From assembly GCF_009914755.1 (NCBI RefSeq), contig NC_060928.1: a stretch of 64,000 nucleotides of DNA; one strand, 5' to 3'. The notes under the pieces are model-generated. The model made no database searches. It worked only from the letters and a program-made list of their open reading frames with translations, and was not told the origin of the DNA. Origin of the DNA: the human T2T-CHM13v2.0 reference genome, Homo sapiens. This document shows positions 12,171 through 25,980 of the stretch, piece by piece (within the stretch, counting starts at the first letter, position 1; the number at the start of each line of letters is the position of its first letter). The position numbers and the translations under genes were made by a program.

Positions 12171-12829
12171 CTTAAAGAGTCTGGCCAGATGACTTGACAG
12201 ACCTCTTTTCTGAATTAAAAGGCTCTATGTTGGCATCTCCTTTCTGCAGTCCCCCATCTTGGCATGATGACTCTGCAGGTGGAGCTGAATGTGAATCTGA
12301 TTATAGTCCCCAGCTCTAAGCTGAAAGTGGATGTGAGCTTTGCTCGCCCCGCCGGCCCCAAAGGGAAGGACTCTGAACCCATTTCGAACAGACAGGCCGG
12401 TGCAGGGGGCAGCTCCCTGCCGGCCCTTTAGAGGAGGCTCCCAGCAGCATGGGGTTCTATTTAGGGAAGCTGTTTCCCTGTCTGGGCAGATGGCCTGCAG
12501 GAACGGGGGCTTGGCTGATCTGGTTTCAACTAATTCTATTAAATGAAAAGTTCTGTAGAGCAGATTCCTTCGCAAGCCTCTGTCCACATGGTGATTTAAT
12601 CGAGTAAAATTAAAACATTGCTGCTTTCTGTCCAAATTGCTGCTTTCTGCGGTGGCCTTGTAGAGGACTTGGCGGGGGAGGAGGGGAAGTCTGGATCTGG
12701 GGTGGGGGTTGGCCGGAGGTGGGGGTGCTGGATGCTCCTGGAGACAGAGGCAGGGCTGAGACGGTGGAAAGCAGGTGGCAAGGAGAGGACCCTGGCGAAT
12801 TTAGGGTTAGGATGGCAGAGCTCACAGGA

Positions 12830-12940
12830 TGCTTCAGACCATCCAGTTCACCCCTGGTGGTGCAGATGGGGAAACTGAGGTGCAGATGGGGAAACTGAGG
12901 CCCAGAGGGGAAGTGATGTCATCAAGATCACCCAGGGACC
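12830..12940 (-). mobile_element. MIR fragment with internal 20-bp tandem duplication
   Basis: tgcagatggggaaactgagg exact twice (12861-12880, 12881-12900), then cccagagggg. Confidence 0.8.
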
Positions 12941-13473
12941 TGAGAATGTGCAGCGATTTGAGCAAATCAGACACAAGGAGCATTTCTGCTCCTGGAGCCG
13001 TTGCTGTCTTGGGAGCCTGAGGAGGCCCATGTGGCATCATCACTCCCTGGGGAAACGGGATTTGTTTCATCCTTATTATTCTTCAAGGAGCTTGGATTCT
13101 TCCCCTGCTAACTCCTGTTCAGCAGCTCTGCCTGGGGCTGTTTAGGGGATTTGTGTCCCCACTAAGTCCACCAGAGGCACTGTGCATTGTTGAGTTGTGG
13201 CTTTTAAATTTCTCCATCAAGAACTAGAACTCTCTTGCACTGAAACCTCACAATTTACCAGGCCAAAAAGAGCAGAGTTGAGTTGGTGGGCCCTAAGCTC
13301 TGCCCTCCTTGACCTCCCTTTTTGCCTTCCCCTAGAGGTGACCCTTAAGGGATGGCCCCAGGCTCCTCCGGCTCTTTGGGGCACTGCGGGAAACTCACTG
13401 AATTTGGAAAAATTCGGACTTGGGATTTGCTCACTCCTTGCTATCATATCAGGGGAGCCACGTAAAGATATGT

Positions 13474-13830
13474 TGCCTTAAATTCTCTCATTCCACAGTA
13501 TTCCTATGAAATCAGGATGCCTTTGATGGACATGCCTTAAATTCTCTCATTCCACAGTATTCCTATGAAATCAGGATGCCTTTGATGGACATGCCTTAAA
13601 TTCTCTCATTCCACAGTATTCCTATGAAATCAGGATGCCTTTGATGGACATGCCTTAAATTCTCTCATTCCACAGTATTCCTATGAAATCAGGATGCCTT
13701 TGATGGACTTGCCTTAAATTCTCTCATTCCACAGTATTCCTATGAAATCAGGATGTCTTTGATGGACTTGCCTTAAATTCTCTCATTCCACAGTATTCCT
13801 ATGAAATCAGGATGTCATTGATGGACATGC
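13474..13830. repeat. Minisatellite/VNTR, 6 x 59 bp
   Basis: Unit tgccttaaattctctcattccacagtattcctatgaaatcaggatgcctttgatggaca starting at 13474, 13533, 13592, 13651, 13710, 13769; copies 1-3 identical, copies 4-6 with 1-2 substitutions. Confidence 0.98.
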
Positions 13831-15649
13831 ACTTCACAGTTTGCACTTCACTTTTACCCATCATCTAATTTCCTGCCTCCCACATTCCTGTGAGATACTC
13901 AGGCCAGCTTTAGGGTTGTTCTCATTTCGTGGATGAGGAAGCTGAGGCTCAGAAGGGTGACCTGAGGGCCCGCAAGCTCAGATTCCCACCTGGTTGTGCT
14001 ATCATCTGTGCAGCTATCCATAGCTGGGGACAGAGTGGCTTGTGATGGCCCCCAGCAAGGGATGAATAAGGGGGTGTGGGGTCAGTAGAAGGTCAGTCCT
14101 AGACAAAGCTGCAAAGAGAGAAGATTCGGGTTTCTGTGTCGCTCCCCTATTCACTGCCATGCCCCTCATCTAAGCCCCATTTTTACCACGTTGTCCTCAG
14201 GGTTAGTTGATCTCTAGGCTGCTGGTAGTTAGGAAGGGCTTAGCAAGACTCCAGGTGGGACTCACTGCCAGCAGAAGGGCAGCGACTCCCACCTGCCGTG
14301 GGGAAGCAGCTTTGTCCGTGAGGGCAGAGGCCAGCCTGGGGTCACCTCCTGGCCCCTTTCATTCTGCTGGTTGCTGTGAGAATGTGGAAGAGAGCAGGCA
14401 GCCCCAACCCTCTGCAGGTGCCTGCACTTCCGAGAGCCATTCTGTAATCGCCGTCTGTGCCTCCTTCTGCCAGGGCTTTCATGAGAACCTGCTGAGTCAA
14501 ATGATCCAGTGGATCCACTTCCACCATCAGTGTTTTGACCTTACTCATTGTCATCAGAGGGTGGCCTGGATGGATGTCAATCTTCTCATCCCACCCCAGA
14601 TTTCACTCTAGCATCCAGCAACCTTCTATTCTTTATAGGAGTCAGGGTCTCTTTCTATTGCTATGTTTAACAGGAGCCAGGGCTGTGGTGCACATGGAGA
14701 GGGGATCTCAGCATGGGCCGAGGTGGCGTCCACAGCTCATGGGCAAAGATTTCTGGGCACACCTGGCTGCTTGCAGAGGAATATACCCAGGTTGAATCTG
14801 GGCAGCTGAGGGTCTGCTGAGGAGGAACACAATCTTAGCAAACAGGGGCTGGGATGCACTATTTGCTTCTGCATGTATGGCCATTGGAGAGAACCACCTA
14901 GTGACGAAGCCCAGTCATTAGAGGACAGTAACCCAGGGTTCAGGTAACAACTCAGTCAAATCCATCCCCTGGACAGACCCACATGTGGCTCTAGAAGGAA
15001 GACAGCCTCTAGAAAGAAAAATGGCAGCACTTCCCCCTGTGCTCTCAGGTCCCCCTGGGACCTGAGCAGCGCAGGCAGGGACCGTATAACAGTGTAACCG
15101 AAGGAGGGGCAAGGACGCTATTCCCCAGCTCTTACAATGGGGCATAGTCTGCCTTGGCACGCTGAGAACTTGGTGAATGAGCTGGAGCCACCATGGACAC
15201 AGAGATGCCAAGCAAACGTAGGGAAGTGAATTTCAGCAGCACCTGGAAGGAAAGAACTTAACCTGAGATCTCTCCTGCAGGCTCTTGACAGCGCTGGAGT
15301 CTCCCTTTGGAGGCCGAGGGTGGGGTTGGGAATCTCAGGGGATGTCTTGAACTGGGCAGGGGTGAGGAGCTAGTGACATGCTAGGGTTGGTAAGGGTGCG
15401 AGTCCCTCACCCCTTAGGATCAAGACTTGGGGAAATCATGTCTCTAGATCATTGAGACTTGGGGGAAATCAGGTTTGCATTGGGGCATGATTGTTAATCC
15501 ATGCGGCAACCCTATAAAATCACAGATGAGGATCCTGAGCTTCTCCATTTGGGGCAGAACTCACTGGGACATCTTGATACCTCGAAATGTTAGCACGACG
15601 TGCACCATGCGGGCACTGAGAAGCAGCGCAAGGCAGCAGTGCAGGTGTT

Positions 15650-15800
15650 TGCAGGATTGAATCTCAGCAGCCGCTTGTTACTCTGAGGCCTTGAGCGAGT
15701 TCCTTGACCTCTCTGAGCATCAGTAGCCTCCTCCACAACACAGGATGTTGATATCTAATGTCTCAAACACAGCCCAGAGATAAACAAATGCAAAGTGTCA
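15650..15800 (+). mobile_element. MIR SINE
   Basis: ttgaatctcag...gccttgagcgagttccttgacctctctgagcatcagt. Confidence 0.65.
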
Positions 15801-16759
15801 AATGGAACCTTGGAAGAGTAGAGTGCAGCCTGGGAGGCCAGGCTTTTTCTCGCACTCATAAGGACAGGACTGGATTTGGCCTGTCGGAGAGAATAGTGGG
15901 AATTTCTGTTCTTTTCTTGCATAATCTTCCGGCCCTGGTTAATGAATCTGGACAAAATGTCACTTAAAAGGCACACTGGTCCTTTGTTGCCAGAAGGGTT
16001 CGATTCAAATCTCTTTGCTGGGCCAAAGCAAGCCATATTTATGCCTTTGGTTCAGACATGGAAGAAACAGAAAATTGATTATGTTCCTGTTGGTTTCATC
16101 AAACCCATCATATTCCTGGTATCCTCTGACAGTCTGCAATAAAGCAGTGAGATCTCAACCCTTCCCAGGCCATGGGGATGATGGAATCTGGGAAGCTGGC
16201 ATCTTCAACAGCTGCTCCCAAATTGGCTGGGCTGTGAGATGAATCCTGTCTCCATAAGAAGACACACAAGATGCTTCTCTCTTCCGGAACCCCTTCCTGC
16301 ATCTGGGTCACTGAGTCCCTTTCTAGGGAACCAAGTCACACAATGTTAATTCTCTCAGCTCGTCACTTCTTCCATATTCATTGAATGCTAAGCAAGTGTA
16401 AATGGAGTCAAGATTTCGTTCTGCAAATGCCTTACATATGCAATTGCTCATTTCAGAACCACTCACCTCGCACACGCCCATGATCTGAAACAGGTTTCTC
16501 AGTCGCCTGCTCCTGAAACAGCCCTACAGGTGCCCTGGCTGATCTCTGCAACCTCGGAAGGCTTAGGTGCTTTCCAAGGCCTCCCTGAGCTGCCGTTGTG
16601 GTGTGAAGAAGCTGGAGGAGGTTGGTTTTAGAAGAAAACAACCCAGTGGTCCAGCTCTGCCACTTTTAAGTTCTGCTTCATGCTGGAAAACCTTTTTCTT
16701 CTGTCAAATTTCAAGCACTAAATTTCCTCAACATACTTTCGAAGGCTCGTGTTTTATCC

Positions 16760-17125
16760 GTTTTTAATTAACTCATTTTGAAGCTTTCATACTTGTCCCC
16801 AAAATATTTTCTTGGCATTTCATGGTCATTGTTTTCCTTGGGAAGGCCGCCGGTGCTGCGGAGGAGGGTCACCGAGCAACATGGCTTGGCATTTGGACAC
16901 GCTTTTGTTCCCTTCTCCCCGCCAGGCCTCTCTGGGGCTCTTGCATTTACTGTTAAAATATTACAGAGGCCCACACCCGAACGTCCATAATCCCCGGTGC
17001 TAGACTGTCTCTAATTGATTTAATTATTCATAATTGCTCAGCTGGGCTTATGCATACTTGTGCGTGATTATAGTGAACAGATGGGTCTGTGGCGGATGAT
17101 GTGTCCCTTCCTGATTAGCGGGTGG
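16760..17125. promoter_or_regulatory. Candidate enhancer (homeodomain-motif-rich non-repeat block)
   Basis: ttaattaa, taatcc, ctaattgatttaattattcataattg, tgattag; retained CpGs; no TE similarity; function inferred only. Confidence 0.45.
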
Positions 17126-18489
17126 ATCTGGAGTTTCTGGGAGCCTGTCATGGCCTTGCGGACACTTGGACAGCACCTTTAGAAAGTTGGGATGAAACCC
17201 CTTAGCTTGTTGGCTTTAGTGTGGTGCCACCCTCGAACGTTTGCTTAAAATGTTTGGGAAATTAGAATTCTTGGTGCCAATGGAATTTAAAAACAAAAGA
17301 CAGACAGAAACATTGGCAAAGGGTGGGGAAGGGCAGGGGTAGTTGGGTTCAAAGGAAAGGAAAGTAGGAAAGCAAGACATGGAGTAAAGCAAACAGACAC
17401 CTGTCAACTAGATAGACCCTCAGCTCATCTCTCACGGGGCTGTCTGTCTGTCCACGTGCCTGTAGAACCACAAATCCAGCCCTAACATATACCTGAGATA
17501 CTTTGGGAAAAAATGAACCTGCTGATATCTGGGGGCATGCAGGGAGGCAAATGGGATGCAGAAGCAAATTCCATCCCAACAAGATGAGATATCATCAGCC
17601 TGAGGGTCCCCTAATTGTCCCCATACGAGTCTTCTTAATTAATTCAAGACAAGTAAATGATACGAGGCCTCATAGGCTTCGCGGGGCAGCTTCCTGGTGA
17701 CTAATATTTGAAGCAATAAAAGGAGCCAGAGCATTCCTGCTTCTTAATGGTCTCCAGTCATCCCCACCCTCGACCCAGCCCCACACAGCCCCAGCCTCCT
17801 CCGGCTTGGGTCAGAAAATAGCATGGACCAACTTTGGGATGCTTCTGGCTTTCTGGTCATTTACAAAGTGCGTTGGCATCTTTTCCCTTGTCTGAGCCTT
17901 GTGTAAAGTCAGGTAAAAAACAGGAGATTTGCCAGGGCAGGGAGTATGATTCCCATGATACACGGAAGGGAACTGAGGTTCTGGGAGAAAAGTGAGTTGG
18001 TGGAGCCACACTGCGGGAAGAGAAGTGAGGACTGGATTCTAGGCCTGGGGAGACGCTTTCCTTTCATCTCTTCCCTCCCTCCAAGTAGAGGCTTGTGAAG
18101 AGCTCACCAGAATATCTCATTCTGGGTTCTGTGTTCCTAGGGAATGATGGTGGTCAAAGAAGCCAGGTAACCCACAGATCCCAGTACCCACAGATCCCGG
18201 AAACAGCCCCTCCAAACCACGGAGCGGAGTGAAGGAGGCAGTGTCCAGATCGCAGAGGGCTTTCATGCCCACTTTCTCCCAACGGCCTTACAAATGACCC
18301 TGGCAAGGCATGCATTCACCCAGGTCAGAGCTCAATAAATACTTGTGGTGTGAGTAAATGAGCCCCAGGTTATAACTGGGGAAATTGAGGCCAGGAGAAA
18401 CCAGGTAAAGTCATAAAGAAGAGCCAGAACCCCACGACCAGTCATCTGATGCTCCCTCCACCCCATCACCCCTCAAGGGCCTCTGCAGG

Positions 18490-19400
18490 CAGCAGTTTAA
18501 TCTGAAGCAAATCCTAAAATAGTCCTCAAGAAGATGAGCACATCCCAGCTCTAATTCGCCCTCCAAGTGCCTCGAAAGATCTTTTCTAACAAAAACACAG
18601 AAATGATTTTTACAATCCAACCAACCATCAGCTCCATGAACCTTGAGAGAGACGGGAAGGCAGCCGCAACCTCTGCGAACTGAAATGTATTGTCAGAAGG
18701 ATGTAATTACAAGTATTTATGTACACTGATTCTGAACCAGAGAATCCCGGGATGGCTCTGGGGCCAAAAAAAAAAAAAAAAAAAAAGAGAGAGAAAGAGG
18801 GAGAGAGAAAAAAAAGGCTTAAAAACTCCTGACAATGAGCAATTCTTCATGGAACAAAACTATTACAATAGCCAGCCTTTGATCTTGCCCGTCTCCTGTT
18901 GCCAATTGTATTTTGTCACCATTGGACTGTCACCCGCGAGGGAGCACTTTTGAATTAAGCAGTCTACAGCAATTTAGTCTGCACTGGCTTTGAAGTGCCA
19001 ACATCAGTCAGGCCAGGACTAACTTTTTTCATTAAAAATTTTTCAGCTTCTCTAAGGGAGCTTTTTGCCTTTTTTTTTTTTTTTTTTAAGCCTGCCGGGA
19101 CATTTAGATAAGTTGAGCCTCCAACCCGTGGCCCCAAGACATCAAAAGGCGCGGGGTCCAGTAATGCTGGAGGCAGCCATCACTAAGCCCTAATGGAGTG
19201 CTTCATTAAGATCGCTTCAAAGGCCCCCGTTTACAGACTCGGAGATTGACTAATTTACACATTGTGGGAAAATTGCTACCAGCTCTGCCCACACCCCAGC
19301 AGGGGGAGAGACGCCCTCTTTCTTTGAAAGGCAAGAACTGCAAAAGGCCCCTCTAATTGCAGACTGGCCTTTACAAGGGAAAAACCCAGGCCCTGCCCTA
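18490..19400. promoter_or_regulatory. Candidate Wnt/TCF-responsive enhancer
   Basis: CCTTTGATCT 18876-18885, CTTTGAAG 18988-18995, CTTCAAAGG 19215-19223, CTTTGAA 19322-19328, TGTGGGAA 19263-19270, several TAAT(T) cores; repeat-free. Confidence 0.55.
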
Positions 19401-19499
19401 AATTTTGCATTCGGCTGCCTTAGCACTCTGCGTCCTCGCACCGACCCTGGGGTCCTGTTTGTCCGGAGACAGCGTGGCACCAACCCAGCTGTGTGTGCT

Positions 19500-19700
19500 T
19501 TGGAGCTGGATACTCCTAAACACGTTTGGGTTTGAACTCCAGCTCTGATCCTGCCAGCGAGGAGCCTTAGAGCAAGTGACTTAACCTTCTGGGCCTCAGT
19601 TTCCCTCATCTGAAAATGGGCGTGATCAAGTCACCTCCCAGGGATATTTTCGAGGATGAGAGGTAAGGACGGCAGGAGAAGCTCAATGTGCTGGCTACTT
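19500..19700 (+). mobile_element. MIR SINE
   Basis: gggtttgaactccagctctg...gcaagtgacttaaccttctgggcctcagtttccctcatctgaaaatggg. Confidence 0.85.
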
Positions 19701-21039
19701 TTACCTTAGCGTAAACATATAAGAGAGCGAAAAGGCATCCCTGAAACTGAAGCCATGTTTTCACAAGCTGTCTTCACGGCTTATTGATTATTTGAGATGT
19801 TTGCACACAGACTGGGGCATGAGGTCCATAGATAGGTGCGGGTCAGGCCCGTGGCTGTTTTGAGAACTGTGTTATGTGGCCTCAATGGCAGCACGTAACA
19901 GCATCAATTCATCTATTAATAGTTTTCCTTTGTCGTAAAAGCAAGTTGGGAAGGGCGTGATGAGGCGAGCTCTCTGGGATGCTGTCATGTGGATTCACCC
20001 ACGGGTCTGAAACCAGGGCTGGCTATGGAAGGTTGGTCACCAGAGGCCCTGTGGGAAAAGCACCAAGCTCAGGGTGCAGTCACCCTTCCAGTCTGGCTCT
20101 GTCCCCAACGTCCTGAGCAACACCAACCATGCCGCCTGTCCTCTCTGGTCAGCAGGGTTCTCCTGGGACTGAAAGGGCAAGGCCTAGGTATGCCCAAAGC
20201 CTCCTCCCCAGCCTGATGACTCGGGGTCTTCACCCCGCTTGAGGCCTCAGCATCTCTGGGACCTTGTGAGAGATGCATGTTCATAGGCTGCCCGGCCCTC
20301 CTGAATGGGAATCTGCATTTGGAATGATCCCTGGTGATTCGGGCACACAGTAAAGTGGAGGAGCTCTGCCCCAATGCTTCTTTGGCCCAGGAAAACACAG
20401 TGATGCTTGTTTCCTCAGGGGATCCAGCCCGGTGACTTTGGCCTGGGAAGTCATGATTTTTGGGACTAACAGCCTGGCAGGCCCCTTGCCTACCACCCAA
20501 CTGGGACTCATTGTGTTTACATCAGTGTCATGCAGCTTTACTCTCTAGGGTCATGTGGGGTCCCAAGTGAGGTAAAGGAAACTGCTGCGTCATTCATCGA
20601 GCACCTACTGTGTTCAGGCATCCTGCTGGGTGCAGCGCACCTGGTAAGTAACTGAGATTGTGAGTCATTTGGTCTTTTGGTTGAGTCATTGAGGAAGAGA
20701 TTGAGTGACTGGCCCAGGGTCACACAGTCAGTGAGTGGCCTCCTTCCAAGCACCCCCTGCACCACCCCCTGCACCAGGCTGCACAGAGGAATCCCAGGGT
20801 GCCCATTTCTGGAGGTGCCCCCCCGAAGAGGCTGGTTAGATGGGGACCCAAGGGGAGGCCTGAACTGCCACGTCCTCCGGTATTGTCCCCTTCCCCTCTA
20901 CTTTCTATTTGCCCATCTTCCTAATTAGAGGGAAAAAATCTACACTCACTTCCTCTATTCAACCTTTCACTTAAAAAAAAAAAATGCAACTCCCACCCCC
21001 CTGGTTCCCAGCCTCGAAGGGAAGCCACCCTGGCCAGGG

Positions 21040-21325
21040 GCAAGCATCGCAGCAAACCACTTAGCAAACCGCAAATTTCAGAGGCCTCGTCACATCTGCA
21101 TTTTATCAGCTTTTTCCGGATAGTATTACCCCGAGCAATTGTCTGCAGATCGGCCGACAGCTGAGACGTTCAAGCTCTGAATTACGGAGAAAGGGCCGGA
21201 GATAAAGCCGAGCACATGTATCCCATCAAAGTAATGAAAGCCGCCTGCCGCCAGGACGCCCTGCTGCCTCCTTCCTAGCCGCCCTGCCGCCCCGCAGGAA
21301 GGCTGATTAACCCTTGCGAGGCAGG
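21040..21325. promoter_or_regulatory. CpG-retaining candidate regulatory element
   Basis: Local CpG enrichment; AACCGCA (RUNX) 21067-21073, TTATCA/AGATAA (GATA), CAGCTG E-box, CATCAAAG (TCF) 21224-21231, tgattaa. Confidence 0.45.
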
Positions 21326-21789
21326 GGAAGAAGAGCAGCGGTCATCCAATACTCAGGCTAATCAGGGTCCCAAGAATGGGAGGGAGGCAGAGGGGGTGGG
21401 CCGGAAAGAACAGCCATCGCAGAGGGCCACTCTGACCTCAGGATTAGACCTGCTGCATTTCCTGTCACAGGACTTTGGTGGGACGGCAAAAAGGTAGATG
21501 AATAAAGGACTTGGTGTCCACAAGGTCCCAGAGACACTGCCTGGGTATTAAGCATTCCTAGAGGAGTGAGGGCAAGCAGTTTCCTGTGAGTAAGCCTTGC
21601 CTTGCTGTGAACGGATGCCATGTTTGCAAGAGTTGGTAATAATGTTTGCTGAGCACTTACTGTGGACTGGGCACCTTTGTTCCCCTTGCTTCCTGTCCCA
21701 CCCCATGGTGTGCTATGCCTGGAGCTCACTGCATTGAACTCCAGTGTCTCCTAGTGAGCGGTGGATGCCAGGATGTCCCCAGTCCTCTG

Positions 21790-22807
<1,018 letters not shown>

Positions 22808-23804
22808 GGAGCCCACCTTTTGAAAGGCTTAAGGAAGAGATTATCCATTTTTATTGAAGTAAGACAGCTCTGTCTGATGCAGCATGCTGTTGGCTTAACT
22901 GGACCTTTGATTTCCCAGCAGGGACCTCAGCTTGCTCTGGGGCCTTGTCCTGCACCCCAGGTTCCCCATCAATGTCTTGGGGTGGGGAGCATCACTTAAA
23001 GTCTCATTTCCCTGCCACCTTCTCCACTTCCATAAGCTGCTGCATAGGTTTGGACATCTTCTCTCTGTTTTGTATTCAACCACAATACACACAAACTAAA
23101 GGAGGCCAAGATGATAGAAGATGGTTCTGCAGTTAGGACCCCTCCCACCCACCTTCAACCCAGCATTGCAGCCTCGTGTGCATCCTTGCCAGGGATCTTT
23201 GCCATTGCAGATCCCTCTGCTGTGAGGGCTTTTCTTTCTTCAGTCCTTCCCATCTGATTGGCCATCTCTCCCCTCAAGAGTCAGCTCATTTGTTCACCAA
23301 TCTGTGTGATCTGTGCACTAAAGAATAATGGATATGCTGTATCTGCCAGAGTTTTCTGGGGAAAAGCAACACAGATGGACGCCAGCAAACCTCATGCAAC
23401 AAAAGGCGCTATTTCCAAGATTTGGAGTAGCTCACAAAAGTCAAGAGAAGTTGAACCATCAGGCTGCAGGAAGACAGGAATTGGGTAGCTCTGGGTTTCT
23501 ACAGAGCAGGAAGTAAGGGGAGATCAGAAAACCTTGGTGTCAACTCTTATCCCGCCTGGTGTCGCTCTCTCATGCCTGAAGTTCTCAGCAGGGAGCACAG
23601 AATTCGTTCAGCTTGGGTCATGTGCTCAAAAAGGGTCAGACACCATGACTGACCCTCCACCAAGACCGCTTGCAACAGGAAGGAGCTGGCTCCTGGAGGA
23701 AAACAACTCGCAAGGCTTCTGGCAGCCCAGACACGGGTCATCCCTGATGGGCTCTTTATCCCAGCTGTGGCCTTGATGAGTGCCGGACCCCTACGTGGGT
23801 CCCA

Positions 23805-24060
23805 CAGTGCCTGCTCAAGGACCTCACAGCCCAGTGGAGGAGGCTAGTTAAGTAGAAAGTGCTCGAAACAAGGTAAAGAGTGCTGTGACAGAGGGGGCAC
23901 ATGGGTAGGACCCCCTAACTCCAGGCGGAGCATCAGAGAAGGCTTCCTGTAGGAAGCAGTGCTGTGCTGGGCATACACAGAGCTGCAGGAGCTGGTTGAA
24001 TAGAGAAGCGGGGGAGGGTGTTCTGAGCAGAGGGTGAGCAAAACACGCAGTGAGAAATAG
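23805..24060 (-). mobile_element. L2 fragment
   Basis: ctcaaggacctcacagcccagtgg, catcagagaaggcttcctg, gtgttctgagcagaggg. Confidence 0.65.
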
Positions 24061-24654
24061 ACAAGCAGTTGATGTGGGAATGCATTTCCTCCTGAGTAAC
24101 AGAGGGGTCCTGGAATGTTCCATGTGGCCTCAGGGTCTCTGGGGCCCCACTCAGGGTTGGGTTGGAGAAGGCTGAATGCTGCGTGGAAGGAGATTTCCTA
24201 TGTTTCTGATCTGGCTTGAGAGCTTTTTGATGGCTGGGAGGGCCGGGTACTCTTTCTTAAGACATTGATATAACAGCCCCAAAGAGCTGACTTGATCATC
24301 AGGGCCAGACCCCTCACCTCGGAGTAGATGAGAAACTCCAGATGAAGGGGAATCTATCTGAATGACTCATCTTTTCCTCCCCTGGGACTCCAGAAAGGAT
24401 CTGCACTATTCCATTTCAGTGGCAAGATATCTCCGTCCTCTTCTCTCTGCCATTTCCAGAGAGCTCATTTGAGACACACTAATCAAAACCAACCGGGTCA
24501 TGTTACAGAGGGGAAAACTGAGGCCCAGAGAGAGGAAATCCTGGCCACAGTCTGTTCCTTGAGTCTCCTTGTTGAGCTTACAGAGGGTCAACGCTGTGGG
24601 GTCAATGCTTGTGTTACAAAAAAGTCACATCCTACCTTCATTTGAAAACCATGT

Positions 24655-25690
<1,036 letters not shown>

Positions 25691-25769
25691 CATGTTGTTT
25701 ATGTCTGAGGAACTTTTGAATGCCATTCTTACACTGTGTCGATAGAGGATGATGTGAAGTCGCAGCGGA

Positions 25770-25980
25770 ACACTTACCAGTGTATGCCCGGTTCTGAGCC
25801 CTTACAGCTCCTCTAGTTCTCACGGCAGCCCTGTCACAAAGCTATCCTCATTATTACCATTTTACAGAGGGGGAAACTGAGGCCCTGAATGATAAAGCAG
25901 ATAGCCCCATGTCATCAAGGAAGGGTGGAGCTGGGATTTGAATCCAAGCAGTTTGGCTCCAGAGCCCATGCGCTAAAGCG
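25770..25980 (-). mobile_element. MIR SINE
   Basis: ccattttacagagggggaaactgaggc...gagctgggatttgaatccaagcagt. Confidence 0.85.

Noticed and set aside
13474-13830. CRISPR-like array
   Set aside because: Head-to-tail repeats with no unique spacers, no cas genes, and eukaryotic context
17321-17339. G-quadruplex motif gggtggggaagggcagggg (others near 9410, 12700, 29240)
   Set aside because: Common at this GC content, with no supporting context
19296-19309. CTCF-like ccagcagggggaga
   Set aside because: Mismatch at a highly conserved position; cannot be supported without ChIP data
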